Positions 37,606 to 47,916 of a stretch of 64,000 nt of DNA are shown one piece after another. This DNA comes from Actinomycetaceae bacterium (GTDB lineage: Bacteria; Actinomycetota; Actinomycetes; Actinomycetales; Actinomycetaceae), in the NCBI GenBank assembly GCA_030537735.1, contig JAUNVG010000001.1:238160-302159 (forward strand), written 5' to 3'. Position numbers and translations under genes: made by a program. Each line of letters starts with the position of its first letter. Position 1 is the stretch's first letter. The notes under the pieces were generated by a model. It worked only from the letters and a program-made list of their open reading frames with translations. It ran no database searches and had not been told where the DNA came from.

Positions 37606-39207
37606 TTAGCGTTTCCGCCTCCGTTTAGTCCGTCCTCGCTTGCTCTCAAGCACGTGCAAGTAGAGGGATGAAAACACGACTAGCCCCCACGCACTCATCG
37701 CGAAGGTGTCAACCACCGGTTTGAAGCGAGCGGAAAAAGTCACGGTATGTCGAAGCGGTAGGTTAGCTACTCGCCAACTAGGTTCAAATAGTTTAGTGTC
37801 GGCCAGCACCGAACCATCGGGGTAGATTAATGCAGATACGCCGTTAGTGGACACTTGCACAGCGCTTCTAGAAAGCGACATGGCCCGCAGGCGCACCATT
37901 TGCAGCTGCTGGGTTGATTCGGCGGAATACCCGAAGGAAGAGTTATTCGTAGGCACCACAATAAGCGCGCCTCCGTCCCGCACCGGGCCGGCAAAAATCC
38001 GTTCGTATGCGGCTTCAAAGCAAATACCAATCGCTATCGGCAGTTGCTTACCACCGGCCAATTCTAACGTCATTAGGCCCGGCTCCTTGCCGGGCAGCAT
38101 GTCCGCATGGATGCGCGCGGTTTCCTTCGAAAGGATAGACAGAAAATCCCGCATAGGGATGTATTCACCGAAAGGAACGGGCAACTGTTTAGTGTAGGTA
38201 GGTCCGACCTGACCGCCAGGTAGGATTGCCACCGCATCGTTATACCGATAACCATCTTCGTAGCGAACAGTGCCCACTAGCAGCGGTACCTTTACCAACT
38301 GTGATGCTTGCTTCACTCGCCTCATAGTTTCGGGGTTTGCAGATAAATCCCGATCTAGGGAGTTTTCTCCCCAAAGCACCAAGTCGGCATCCATTCCCTC
38401 GGAAACAGCTTTGCCAGTGGTGTTCAAATGATTGTCGGTAACCTTATGTTCTTGCGCAAAAGTAGCATCTGCGGGTAGCTCTACGTTTCCCTGTATTAGG
38501 CCGACTCGAACGGCTCCGTCTTCCTGCTGCGCTGGCAGGGGAAGCAGGATCGGTAAGATCGCCAAAGCTAAAGCTCCGATCCCCGCTATTGGGCGTGTCC
38601 ACCAGCGGGTTGGACGTTGCCACTCCACCAAGGAAAACACTCTTCGCAATGCCACCGATATCATCAGTAAAGCGACCGCGATAGTGACCTCACTACCCCA
38701 CGGCGCTAAATGCCCCAGCGGGGAATCCACTTGCGAATAGGACACTAGCGCCCAGGGGAAGCCTCCGAACGGTATCCGGCTGCGTACCTGTTCCATCCCC
38801 GCCCAGGTTAAGGCTATGAGTACGGCGTCAAACAAAATGGAGTTTAAACGTAAACGCAAAGGACGCATTAAAGCTATGGTTGCTGCCCACGCCCCGATGA
38901 AGAGTCCTTGGATTCCAGCTAGGACAGCCCACGGCAGGTAGGTTCCTACCGAAATAGTGGCCCACCAAATATGCGCCAGGAAGAAGCTCCAGCCAAAGAT
39001 GAATCCATACCAGGCTGCCCGCCCCGTCCTCACCCGATCGACTGCACTAATTACTAATGCCAAGGAAGGGGCAGCTAAATACCAGGCACCGATGTCTGGG
39101 AAAGTTGCCCACAGTCCCAGTGCGCCCAGCGCTAGTAAGATGTAGTCCCAGCCTCGCCGCGAACCGCGTGCGGCTTCAACACGTTTAGAGGCTAACTTAG
39201 CGCCCAT
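37606..39207 (-). CDS. lnt: Apolipoprotein N-acyltransferase (Lnt/Ppm2)
   Basis: N-terminal multi-TM region plus CN-hydrolase domain (VRVGLIQGNV, LVLWGENS, IGICFEAAYE). Start set at ATG 39207. The ORF-track N-terminal extension is the alternate frame of the helY tail. Confidence 0.8.
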   Translation of the reverse strand: MGAKLASKRVEAARGSRRGWDYILLALGALGLWATFPDIGAWYLAAPSLALVISAVDRVRTGRAAWYGFIFGWSFFLAHIWWATISVGTYLPWAVLAGIQGLFIGAWAATIALMRPLRLRLNSILFDAVLIALTWAGMEQVRSRIPFGGFPWALVSYSQVDSPLGHLAPWGSEVTIAVALLMISVALRRVFSLVEWQRPTRWWTRPIAGIGALALAILPILLPLPAQQEDGAVRVGLIQGNVELPADATFAQEHKVTDNHLNTTGKAVSEGMDADLVLWGENSLDRDLSANPETMRRVKQASQLVKVPLLVGTVRYEDGYRYNDAVAILPGGQVGPTYTKQLPVPFGEYIPMRDFLSILSKETARIHADMLPGKEPGLMTLELAGGKQLPIAIGICFEAAYERIFAGPVRDGGALIVVPTNNSSFGYSAESTQQLQMVRLRAMSLSRSAVQVSTNGVSALIYPDGSVLADTKLFEPSWRVANLPLRHTVTFSARFKPVVDTFAMSAWGLVVFSSLYLHVLESKRGRTKRRRKR

Positions 39208-42148
39208 TATTCGCTTCCGGCTCCCACTCGGGGATAGTTTCGTCTGCCGGCTCCCACTCGGGGATAGTTTCGTCTGCCGGCTGTTCCCACCAGGCTTCCT
39301 CCTCAGGCGCAGCATCGGATGATACGGCAACTATCGGGGCTGAACCGGGTTCGCTAACCGAAACCACCGACCGGCGGATCGATTGGATTGCCCACTGGGC
39401 GTTAGTAGCTACCTGTCCCCCAGCAATCACCTGTATCTGATGTAAAACATCCACAACCTGGCGACACCAGCGCACCCAGTCCCCGGCTTCCAGGTCAGCA
39501 GCCCGCACGGTAGTAGCCAGGTCATCTCCTTGCACCCACCAGTACATAGCTGAGACCAGCCCTGTTTCAAGCGGTGCCGAAGTCACGGTTCGAGCTTGCG
39601 CTTCAGCGCGCTGAATTGTGCCCATAATCTGCTGCGTGCGGTTCAACGCCTTACCCAGTTTGCCACTCACACCACCAGGTATCTCAGTGTCGGGCAAATG
39701 ATCTTTACGAGATTCAAAAACACATGCGCTCACAACCGCGGCGAGCTGCGCGGGGTCAAGCTCGTCCCAGATCCCCTGATCCAGTGCCAAAGCCAAAACC
39801 AGGTCACGTTCAGCGTAGATGCGGCGCAATAGTTGCCCGGTAGGGGTCAACTGTGTGCCCTCCATGCAGCCAACCTGCTGTAGGACTTGCACTACAGCAT
39901 CGAATCGGCGCCCCAGGGAGGAAGTACGCGAACGCACCTGCCCATTCAAAGCCTGATAGTCGCGCCTAGCATGCAACCATGACTTCGCCTCCCGCGCATG
40001 CATGTCCCTGTGTTCACACTGGTGAACCGGGTGTGAGCGGATAAGATTTTCTAACTTTTGAATCTGACTGCGCTGAGCTTGCGTCAACGGGTTCTTCATA
40101 CGCTTAGGACGCCTAAGCTTCTTCTGCCTACGCATGTAACGCAGATCTTTAGCTATTAGCCCCTTGTACTTACCCACCGCGCGCAGCCAGGTAGAGGGCA
40201 AACGCATGCGCCCCACGACCGCGAATCCTTCATCCAAAGCAGCCGGGCCAACAGCTCGCGCTCCCCCACCGTCATAGACAATCTGAATCGTGCCGCTACC
40301 GTTGTCAGCTCGAGTCACCACTGCATCGGTATATCCCCCGCCATCAGGGATGGAAATCACATCCCCCACACGCAAAGACAGTAGTTCTTGCGCCAGATAG
40401 TTCAGTTCAATCCGATTACGTGAACGCGCAGTTCGTTTTTGTAACAGTGCCAGTTCATCACGTGCTATAACGTATTCTTGCGCATCCCCCTTAGAGCACT
40501 CCCACTTCCTACCGACCGCTTCCATCTTCTCTTTAGCTTCTTTGGCTTGACGGGCAAGCTCCACCACCTGCCGGTCAGTTTGGAACTGCGCAAAAGACCT
40601 CTCAACCAGGGATCTAGCTTGTTCCAAACTTCCAGCCGCAGCTAGGTTAGCCACCATGTTGTAAGTCGGTGCAAAAGCAGAAATCAATGGGTATGAACGT
40701 TTAGATGCAAGGGCTGACACTAACGCGGGTTCTATCTCGTCACGGTAAACCACCACCGCATGACCTAAAGTATCAATACCGCGCCGCCCGGCTCGCCCAG
40801 TTAGCTGCGTGTACTCTCCCGCGGTCAGACCAACGTGGGAGTGCCCGTTGTATTTAGTCAACGACTCCAACACCACGCTACGTGCCGGCATGTTAATACC
40901 CAAAGCCAGGGTTTCCGTGGCGAAAACTAGCTTCACCAGGCCGGTACTGAAAAGCTTTTCAACGATTTCTTTGAAAAGGGGAAGCATCCCCGCGTGGTGG
41001 GCAGCAACACCCATCTCCAGCGCCTGGGCAAAAGAATACGCCCGCAGCACCTTCAACTCACTGGCAGGTAACGTCTCCAGCGCTGGCTCCACCAGCGCCC
41101 GGATTCGCCTGCGCTCATCTTCACTAGTTAGCTCAATACCGGCGCTTACCACCTGCTGCACCGCTTCATCGCAGCCGGCGCGGGAAAAAATGAAATAAAT
41201 GCCCGGAAGCAGATTCGACCGATCCAAAGTGATCGCCACTTCAGGACGGGAACTGCGAACGCTGCGTCGACGCACATTGCGCATGCGACGCCCTCCCGCT
41301 AACTGCCTTTCACGTTGGGCAGCCGAACGTGACTGCAGCCCACTGGCACGGGCAATAGCAGAACGCAACTGCGGATTTATCTGCGAAGAATGCCGACTCG
41401 GGCCCACACCGCCAGCTTGTTCTTCTTTTACATAAAGGTCATGTAGCGTTCGCCCCACCAACATGTGCTGACGCAAAGGTACCGGGCGGACTTCGGAAAT
41501 AATGACGTCGCAACCGTTTCGCACGTGCCCGATCCAGTCCCCGAACTCTTCGGCGTTAGATACGGTCGCTGACAATGCGATTGCACGCACATTTTCAGGC
41601 ATAAGGATAAGAACTTCTTCCCACACCGGGCCGCGGAACTTATCGGCAAGATAATGCACCTCATCCAACACCACAAAACCCAGGTCGCTCAAGTCCTTGC
41701 CCGCATAAATCATATTGCGAGCCACTTCGGTGGTCATGACAATCACCGGCGCCTGCGCGTTAATGGCTACATCCCCGGTGAGCAGGCCGACGTTTTCACT
41801 GCCGAAGCGTTCCCCTAGGTCACGGTACTTCTGGTTAGAAAGAGCCTTCATGGGGGTGGTGTAAAAGGCTCTCTCCCCGCGCTGCAAGGCCAGGTAGCAG
41901 GCAAACTCCCCCACCACGGTTTTACCTGCTCCCGTGGGCGCTGCGACAAGCACATTATGGCCATCTTCAACGCTAGCTAAAGCGGTTTGCTGGAAGTCAT
42001 CGAGGATGTAACTCAAGGTCTGCTGGTAGCGTCCCCGGTGGCTGCGCTCCGTAGCCGCACGGGCCTTAGCATCCCGGTAACGCTGTGCCGCGCTAAGGTT
42101 ATCTGAGTTAGCTTCCGACCCCCGACGGCGCCGACGGCGTGCACTCAC
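39197..42148 (-). CDS. helY: Ski2-like DEAD/DEAH-box helicase HelY
   Basis: Walker A AAPTGAGKTVVGE, DEVH box (VLDEVHYL), and a long C-terminal Ski2/DSHCT-like region. Position next to tatC-tatA-pafCB. Confidence 0.85.
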   Translation of the reverse strand: MSARRRRRRGSEANSDNLSAAQRYRDAKARAATERSHRGRYQQTLSYILDDFQQTALASVEDGHNVLVAAPTGAGKTVVGEFACYLALQRGERAFYTTPMKALSNQKYRDLGERFGSENVGLLTGDVAINAQAPVIVMTTEVARNMIYAGKDLSDLGFVVLDEVHYLADKFRGPVWEEVLILMPENVRAIALSATVSNAEEFGDWIGHVRNGCDVIISEVRPVPLRQHMLVGRTLHDLYVKEEQAGGVGPSRHSSQINPQLRSAIARASGLQSRSAAQRERQLAGGRRMRNVRRRSVRSSRPEVAITLDRSNLLPGIYFIFSRAGCDEAVQQVVSAGIELTSEDERRRIRALVEPALETLPASELKVLRAYSFAQALEMGVAAHHAGMLPLFKEIVEKLFSTGLVKLVFATETLALGINMPARSVVLESLTKYNGHSHVGLTAGEYTQLTGRAGRRGIDTLGHAVVVYRDEIEPALVSALASKRSYPLISAFAPTYNMVANLAAAGSLEQARSLVERSFAQFQTDRQVVELARQAKEAKEKMEAVGRKWECSKGDAQEYVIARDELALLQKRTARSRNRIELNYLAQELLSLRVGDVISIPDGGGYTDAVVTRADNGSGTIQIVYDGGGARAVGPAALDEGFAVVGRMRLPSTWLRAVGKYKGLIAKDLRYMRRQKKLRRPKRMKNPLTQAQRSQIQKLENLIRSHPVHQCEHRDMHAREAKSWLHARRDYQALNGQVRSRTSSLGRRFDAVVQVLQQVGCMEGTQLTPTGQLLRRIYAERDLVLALALDQGIWDELDPAQLAAVVSACVFESRKDHLPDTEIPGGVSGKLGKALNRTQQIMGTIQRAEAQARTVTSAPLETGLVSAMYWWVQGDDLATTVRAADLEAGDWVRWCRQVVDVLHQIQVIAGGQVATNAQWAIQSIRRSVVSVSEPGSAPIVAVSSDAAPEEEAWWEQPADETIPEWEPADETIPEWEPEANNGR
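39217..39282. repeat. 30-bp tandem duplication (2.2 copies) inside the helY 3' end
   Basis: CCGGCTCCCACTCGGGGATAGTTTCGTCTG occurs at 39217-39246 and 39247-39276, then CCGGCT. It encodes PADETIPEWE twice in HelY. Confidence 0.9.
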
Positions 42149-42963
42149 GACGCATCATCTTCATGCGTTGCCAAGGCGGCATCAAGTTCAGCCTCAATAC
42201 GAGCTTGTTTACGGTCCCACCGCTTATCGTGCAGAAAACACACTCCGATGGCAAGGAAATACAAGGCCACCAGGAATAGCGCTTGGAAAGTCATGGTCCA
42301 CGGATCAGGCAAAGGGTTAGCTATGGCAGCAAAGATGAAGGCCACGGCCACTGCCCACCGCCAGGTTTTCATCATGGTAGTAGCACGCAAGATGTTCAAC
42401 TGGTTTAGTCCCACCATCGCCAAAGGCACCAGCATGGAAATACCGAAGACAATCACCAACCGCATGTAGAAACTGAAATAGAGGTTGGCCTTCATCAGCA
42501 TCTCTGACTGGGAAGGGGCAAAGGAGGTAAGCACCTGCACGGCGTGAGGCATAATCAAAAGACCCATCCCCACCCCGATCGCGAATAGCACTATACCCGC
42601 GAAGGTGAAGATAAGTACGTAGGCTTTTTCCTTACGATGCAGGGCCGGAGCCAAATATGCCCAAGTTTGGTAAAGCCACCACGGGCTAGCCAAGATAAAG
42701 CCAGCGAACATGGTGATTCGCAGTTTCAAATCAAACGCGGCAGAAATCGTCTCGAAGTTGAGTTCAGCTTGTCTACCCTGCTCACGCAGATCCGCCAGTG
42801 GCTGCGCCATAAAAGTGAAGATAGGGTCGTAGAAAATCCACGCCACTACGGTTCCGATCAAAATCCCCAGCAAGGACCAAAGGATTCGGCTGCGCAGCTC
42901 CCTGATATGCTCCACCAGGGGCATGCGCCCTTCCGGGTCCTTCTTCTTTTTCAGTCGCGCCAT
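42145..42963 (-). CDS. tatC: Sec-independent protein translocase TatC
   Basis: MPLVEHIRELRSRI motif and 6 TM helices. Confidence 0.9.
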   Translation of the reverse strand: MARLKKKKDPEGRMPLVEHIRELRSRILWSLLGILIGTVVAWIFYDPIFTFMAQPLADLREQGRQAELNFETISAAFDLKLRITMFAGFILASPWWLYQTWAYLAPALHRKEKAYVLIFTFAGIVLFAIGVGMGLLIMPHAVQVLTSFAPSQSEMLMKANLYFSFYMRLVIVFGISMLVPLAMVGLNQLNILRATTMMKTWRWAVAVAFIFAAIANPLPDPWTMTFQALFLVALYFLAIGVCFLHDKRWDRKQARIEAELDAALATHEDDAS

Positions 42964-43013
42964 CTTCGAATACTGTTATCTCTACAGATAGAGTTTTAGC
43001 TTGCGAATGCTAC

Positions 43014-43298
43014 TTACTTATTGCCGTCGTTAGGATCGACAAAGGTAGTGGACTCAGGCTTTTCAGAGCGGGGGTTATTGGTCACCTCAGGATCAACCGA
43101 AGGCACTGCGGGCGGTACCACAGTTTCCTCAGCGGCCTTCGTATCATTTTGATCCTCGGTCAGCTCACGCATCTCTTTCTTCAGGACCTTCGCGGATTGG
43201 CCAACGTTCTTAGCGATGTTCGGCAGCCGATTAGCGCCAAATAGGATCACCAAGACGATGAGGACAATGACGATGTGCCACGGCTTGAAAGCGCCCAT
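43014..43298 (-). CDS. tatA: Sec-independent protein translocase TatA
   Basis: N-terminus PWHIVIVLIVLVILFGANRLPNIAKNVGQSAKVLKKE. Confidence 0.85.
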   Translation of the reverse strand: MGAFKPWHIVIVLIVLVILFGANRLPNIAKNVGQSAKVLKKEMRELTEDQNDTKAAEETVVPPAVPSVDPEVTNNPRSEKPESTTFVDPNDGNK

Positions 43299-43375
43299 TG
43301 TTTTCTATCTCCCTGTACTGGGACCGACATCAGAGCTAGTATCTGGCGGCCGGCCGATAACTGTAGTGACGTCGC

Positions 43376-44323
43376 CTAGTCTACCGTATTTATTGCACCT
43401 TCCACCCAGCGGTATGAATCCAACGCCTGCCTAGCGCGCGCAGCAGCACCATCCAAAAGCGTGCGATCGCTGCACTCCCGCAGCCCCTCCCCTAGCTTCA
43501 ACAGCTGATTTTCACCCCAAACGCGGTCATGAACTTCAACTGTGAAGGTTGCATCCTTACGGCCAGCTCGTCGCATCAGAGTCAAAGCCCACATCCACTG
43601 ACGATCCACTTCAAGCCTCACCTCACGCCCACTACTAGGACTGCTCTGCAGGTCCGCGCGGGTGCGAGAGTTAGGCGTTAACCTGAGTTCGCGCATGCGG
43701 TCACAGCGGAAGTTCCTATCGGCTTCAGCTTCGAAACAATAACCCTGCACCAGCCAATGCCCATCTAAGTATTGAACCTGGCGAGGCTGGACCTCACGCG
43801 AAGTTTCCTTACCCTTGATGTCAGTGTATTCGAACCCGATATTCATCCCCTGGTTCAAAGCCTTGAGACAAAGTAGCCGATTAGCAGCCTCCTGAGAATC
43901 AGCTTCCACCCACACCAAGGAGCTCTCTAAGTTCTCAAATCCTTCTAGTGGAGCCAATTTCGCAGACGTAGAAAGCAGTAACTGCACCGGCACCGCCGGC
44001 ACCAGCCGCGTGTAGAGCCAAAGCGCGATAAGCGCAGCTCGCCTTTGGGTCAACGTCAGATCTGAAGTTTGGTAGATGTCCTGATTCCCGACAGTTAACG
44101 CGATGACATCTTCTTCGAAATAGCGATGCCACTCCAACTGCACCTGCGTGTCGTAACAGTCACTGCCGTAGTAGGTCAAGTCAAGGTCGCCGATAATGGC
44201 TTCCACCTGAGCGCGCGTAAGACCAAAGTGGGAAGCAACCTCATCTACCGTAGCGCTACCACGCTCATCCACCCATTCCAGGATAGCTAAGGTGCGTTCC
44301 AGCCTGTCTGTAAGGTTAGCCAT
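43376..44323 (-). CDS. pafC: WYL-domain transcriptional regulator PafC
   Basis: N-terminal wHTH (LERTLAILEWVDERGSATVDEVASHFGLT) and a WYL-type C-terminal half. Start ATG lies 4 nt after the pafB stop. Confidence 0.75.
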   Translation of the reverse strand: MANLTDRLERTLAILEWVDERGSATVDEVASHFGLTRAQVEAIIGDLDLTYYGSDCYDTQVQLEWHRYFEEDVIALTVGNQDIYQTSDLTLTQRRAALIALWLYTRLVPAVPVQLLLSTSAKLAPLEGFENLESSLVWVEADSQEAANRLLCLKALNQGMNIGFEYTDIKGKETSREVQPRQVQYLDGHWLVQGYCFEAEADRNFRCDRMRELRLTPNSRTRADLQSSPSSGREVRLEVDRQWMWALTLMRRAGRKDATFTVEVHDRVWGENQLLKLGEGLRECSDRTLLDGAAARARQALDSYRWVEGAINTVD

Positions 44324-44327
44324 CACC

Positions 44328-45356
44328 CTACCCCCTGCCCTCAAGTGCACTCTGACGCCGTTTAGAAGTCGAAGTCTCAGCGTTACGGTTCTCGCCGCCC
44401 TCAGCGAGCTTAGCTACATGATCTAAAGCTGCCACAACGTTTTCTTTCAACTCCAGTGGGGAAAGCACTAAACAGTTCTCAGGATCTGACATAACCCGAT
44501 CCCACCACCGTTTATAAGAGTCAAAGTTACCCACCATCAGGTCCCACCCAGAGGCACTCAAATCGCGGTAGCGACGAAAAGCGGAATCTAACTCTTGCGC
44601 TGTCGCAGGTGTGCAACGCTCGCGGATCAGGTTCGCTCGACCAGCTTTTAACAACAGCAGGGGGCGGATCTTAGTTACTGAGGTGTCACTGGTGTCGGGA
44701 CGATCCTGAGTTGCCTCAGAGCCCAATATCTTGCAGCTGTTAGGTTTTATCCTGGTGATATTAAAATGCCTGGGTGCTTGCCTGTCACAATCCCAGCAAT
44801 GAAGCAGGATCTGTGAATCGTTAACAAGCATCCTCCACGGTTCTACCTTACGCAGTTGCCATTGCCCGTCAGCGCCGGGGTATTTGAAACTAATCTGCCT
44901 GCGGCCATTCATCGCTTCCCAAACAGTAGCTATCAAAGCCGGTTGGGTTAACCCAGAATGCACTATTTCCATGCCTCTAGGTAGCGTTTCTACTTCCCCC
45001 GCAGCGGCGCGGATTTTCTCTGCACCGCTTCCACTAGCATCCCCCCAAAGCTCCATCGCTTGGTTGATCAAGGCACATTCAGAGGACGTAAGTTCACTGT
45101 GCCAACGCTGTTTAGGCGGGAATATACGGTAGGTGTCTTCCCCTTCCACATTCACAGCTAACGTAATATCGCATCCGGCTCGCTCCAAGGAGCGTTTATC
45201 GCGGGAAAACTGCCGCTCCTTAGCTTCCTCGCTGGCATTGGTGTCGTAGCCCAGCACCAACTGGTAGATTTCCTTCTTCGTCAACGCATGGGGATGGTAA
45301 CTCAATGCTAAGAGTAAGGACAGTAGCCGTTGCCCCGATCCGTTCTTCGCGCTCAT
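44328..45356 (-). CDS. pafB: WYL-domain transcriptional regulator PafB
   Basis: wHTH (RLLSLLLALSYHPHALTKKEIY) plus WYL region. pafB-pafC-tatA-tatC-helY order as in M. tuberculosis Rv2096c-Rv2092c. Confidence 0.75.
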   Translation of the reverse strand: MSAKNGSGQRLLSLLLALSYHPHALTKKEIYQLVLGYDTNASEEAKERQFSRDKRSLERAGCDITLAVNVEGEDTYRIFPPKQRWHSELTSSECALINQAMELWGDASGSGAEKIRAAAGEVETLPRGMEIVHSGLTQPALIATVWEAMNGRRQISFKYPGADGQWQLRKVEPWRMLVNDSQILLHCWDCDRQAPRHFNITRIKPNSCKILGSEATQDRPDTSDTSVTKIRPLLLLKAGRANLIRERCTPATAQELDSAFRRYRDLSASGWDLMVGNFDSYKRWWDRVMSDPENCLVLSPLELKENVVAALDHVAKLAEGGENRNAETSTSKRRQSALEGRG

Positions 45357-45385
45357 ATCACCACCTTAACCGTTAAGCTAAAAGG

Positions 45386-46510
45386 GTGATGCAACGACAA
45401 GCGCGACTTATCCAAATCCAGCAGGAACGGGAAGGACTCATCGAAGGGCAATCCAAAATTATCGCCCACCCACCGAATGCTGAAACACTGCTCAGCGGTG
45501 AAGTAATCCCTGTCCTTGCCCTAACTGACCTAGTTGGCGAAATCAACGTCGGTGACAGCATCCGGATCGAGTGCTCCGCGCTAGCTAAATCCTTAGGAAC
45601 AGGAGGTTTCGCCACCGTCATCAGTAGCGCCACCCTACCTGGTGATAAAGTCCCCCAGCGCGGGCACATCATGAAGGCGCGCTACACGCCACACCAGACA
45701 ATGGTGCTATCGGTAGAAGAGCTTGACTCCCCCTACCGCAAGCAAATGGAACTAGCCGATGACCTGCATTCCATGCCGGTAGTGGTAGCTGACCTGCATT
45801 CGGCGTTAGCTCCCATACTGTTGGGTAGCAAAGCCACTCAAAGCAGCCTGCGCATAGCTTATATCCACGATGACAGTGCAGCTTTACCGGCCGCTTTTTC
45901 TAACCTAGTCTCAACCTTACGCAAAGAAGGCTACCTCAGTGCCACCATTACCTGCGGCCAAGCTTTTGGTGGGGATCTGGAGGCAGTGAGCCTACCGTCA
46001 GGTTTACTGGCAGCGCGCCACGTCGTCAATGCTGACGTGTGCATTGTGGCTCCCGGACCCGGGGTGGCCGGAACCGGGACGAAGTGGGGATTTTCAGGCA
46101 CCGCCACTGCCACTGCCTTAAACGTTGCCAGCGCCCTAGGTGGCATACCCATAGCTGCTGTAAGGGGCTCTAATGCGGATGCTCGAGGTAAACACCGCGG
46201 CATATCCCATCACAGCCTAAGCGTTCTTAGCCGCCTGGTGCTAGCTTCGGTAGACATACCGCTACCGAGAATCGAAAACGACTTGGCCAGTCAGGTCGGC
46301 ATCGATACGCAAATACTTCAACTTGTAGACCAGCAGCTAACTACCGTTTCTGGCAAGCACTCAATCATTCCCATACCTGCCAAACCACTGTGGCTCCACC
46401 TACAACAGCATTCGCACTTGCTTTCCACCATGGGCAGAGGACTAGAAACTGACCCCTTGGCGTTCCTGCTGGCAGCCGCCAGCGGCGCTTACGCCGCTAG
46501 TGCAATCTAG
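45386..46510 (+). CDS. DUF3866-like conserved hypothetical protein
   Basis: Pattern ...VGDSIRIECSALAKSLGTGGFATVI ... GHIMKARYTPHQ resembles actinobacterial DUF3866 proteins, from memory only. Start uncertain (29 nt from the pafB start). Confidence 0.5.
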   Translation: MMQRQARLIQIQQEREGLIEGQSKIIAHPPNAETLLSGEVIPVLALTDLVGEINVGDSIRIECSALAKSLGTGGFATVISSATLPGDKVPQRGHIMKARYTPHQTMVLSVEELDSPYRKQMELADDLHSMPVVVADLHSALAPILLGSKATQSSLRIAYIHDDSAALPAAFSNLVSTLRKEGYLSATITCGQAFGGDLEAVSLPSGLLAARHVVNADVCIVAPGPGVAGTGTKWGFSGTATATALNVASALGGIPIAAVRGSNADARGKHRGISHHSLSVLSRLVLASVDIPLPRIENDLASQVGIDTQILQLVDQQLTTVSGKHSIIPIPAKPLWLHLQQHSHLLSTMGRGLETDPLAFLLAAASGAYAASAI

Positions 46511-46555
46511 CAAGTTCGCGCACCAGCTGGCAGCGGTGAAAAAGGACCACCCCAG

Positions 46556-47401
46556 TTAGAGTCGGCTAGCTGTCAGCGCGGTGACAATAATGCCGCGGGC
46601 ACCTTCGGCGTGAAGCTGATCCATAACGTTGTTCACGTCCTCGGTCTTAACCATGGAACGCACAGCCATCCAGGTGGTATCGGCTAGTGGGGAAATGGTG
46701 GGCGAATCGAACCCTGGCGTTATACGCAAGGCGGCTTCTAGGTCGCGCTCATGAATGTTGTAGTCAACCACCATGTAAGAGCGAGCCACCATCACACCGT
46801 CAAGGCGCCTGCGGACAACGTCAACTCTTTCATCTTCAAGCATCTGCGGCCGGCAGATCAACACCGCTTCCGACTCAAGCAGTGTCGGTCCGAAAACATC
46901 CAGCCCGGCAGCGCGCAAGGTGGACCCGGTTTCAACCACGTCCGCGATCACATCTGCCACGCCCAGGCGAATGGAGGACTCCACCGCCCCATCCAGGTGC
47001 ACAACGGCGGCATCTACCTCATGGTCGGCAAGGTAGTCTTCAACTAAGCGATCATAAGAAGTCGCTACCCGTTTACCTGCAATGTCGGATAAGTCTTGGA
47101 ACTGCCCGGCCGACCCGGCGAAGCGGAAACGCGAACGCGCAAAACCTAGGCTCTTACATTCGACCGCGCCCGCACCGGAGTCAAGCAATAGATCCCTGCC
47201 CGTGATGCCTAAATGAATCGTGCCCTGCCCCACGTAGACAGCGATATCGCGTGGGCGCAGGAAGAAGATTTCCACGCCGCTGGATTCATCGCGAATCACC
47301 AGTTCACGTCCTCGTCGGCGAGCTTTATATCCCGCTTCGGTGAGCATAGCGATAGCTGGCTCAGATAGTGAACCCTTATTTGGTACAGCGATGCGTAACA
47401 T
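46556..47401 (-). CDS. hisG: ATP phosphoribosyltransferase (long form)
   Basis: MLRIAVPNKGSLSEPAIAMLTEAGY, the RPRDIAVYV region and the C-terminal regulatory domain. Confidence 0.9.
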   Translation of the reverse strand: MLRIAVPNKGSLSEPAIAMLTEAGYKARRRGRELVIRDESSGVEIFFLRPRDIAVYVGQGTIHLGITGRDLLLDSGAGAVECKSLGFARSRFRFAGSAGQFQDLSDIAGKRVATSYDRLVEDYLADHEVDAAVVHLDGAVESSIRLGVADVIADVVETGSTLRAAGLDVFGPTLLESEAVLICRPQMLEDERVDVVRRRLDGVMVARSYMVVDYNIHERDLEAALRITPGFDSPTISPLADTTWMAVRSMVKTEDVNNVMDQLHAEGARGIIVTALTASRL

Positions 47402-47517
47402 TCTTTTCCTTATTCCACCTACGTCTTAGCGGCTTTTGATTTGTGTAGTTACCTGCGTAAACCTGCTAAACGGCTAGCGTCGAAGTATCAACCACCGCCG
47501 GTAGCTTACGCTATTGG

Positions 47518-47781
47518 CTAGAGTTTCTTATAAATGTCTTCTAAGGTCAGCCCCTTCTTCACCATCATCACCTGTAGGTGGTAGAGCAGCTGAGAGATCT
47601 CCAAGGCCGCATCGTCATCGGATTCGTATTCGCACGCCATCCACACTTCCGCAGCTTCTTCAACGATCTTTTTCCCGATCGTATGCACTCCGCCATCGAG
47701 TTCCTTCACAGTCCCCGACCCTTCGGGGCGGGTGCGGGCGATGGTCTGCAGCTGGGAGAAAAGTTCTTCAAAAGTTTTCAC
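47518..47781 (-). CDS. hisE: Phosphoribosyl-ATP pyrophosphatase
   Basis: 87 aa. [10 protein letters not shown]...SGTVKEL..G...[15 protein letters not shown] is a typical HisE sequence. Confidence 0.85.
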   Translation of the reverse strand: MKTFEELFSQLQTIARTRPEGSGTVKELDGGVHTIGKKIVEEAAEVWMACEYESDDDAALEISQLLYHLQVMMVKKGLTLEDIYKKL

Positions 47782-47916
47782 CCTACCAGTGTAGAAGATA
47801 CTGTCAGGGCTATTTATTTTGACCGGATGTAGAGATTAACCCTACCGGTGAGCCGAGGACCGGGAGCTCCCCGACCCTCGACCCACCGCTGGTCACAAGC
47901 ACGCAGCTTTCCAGGC

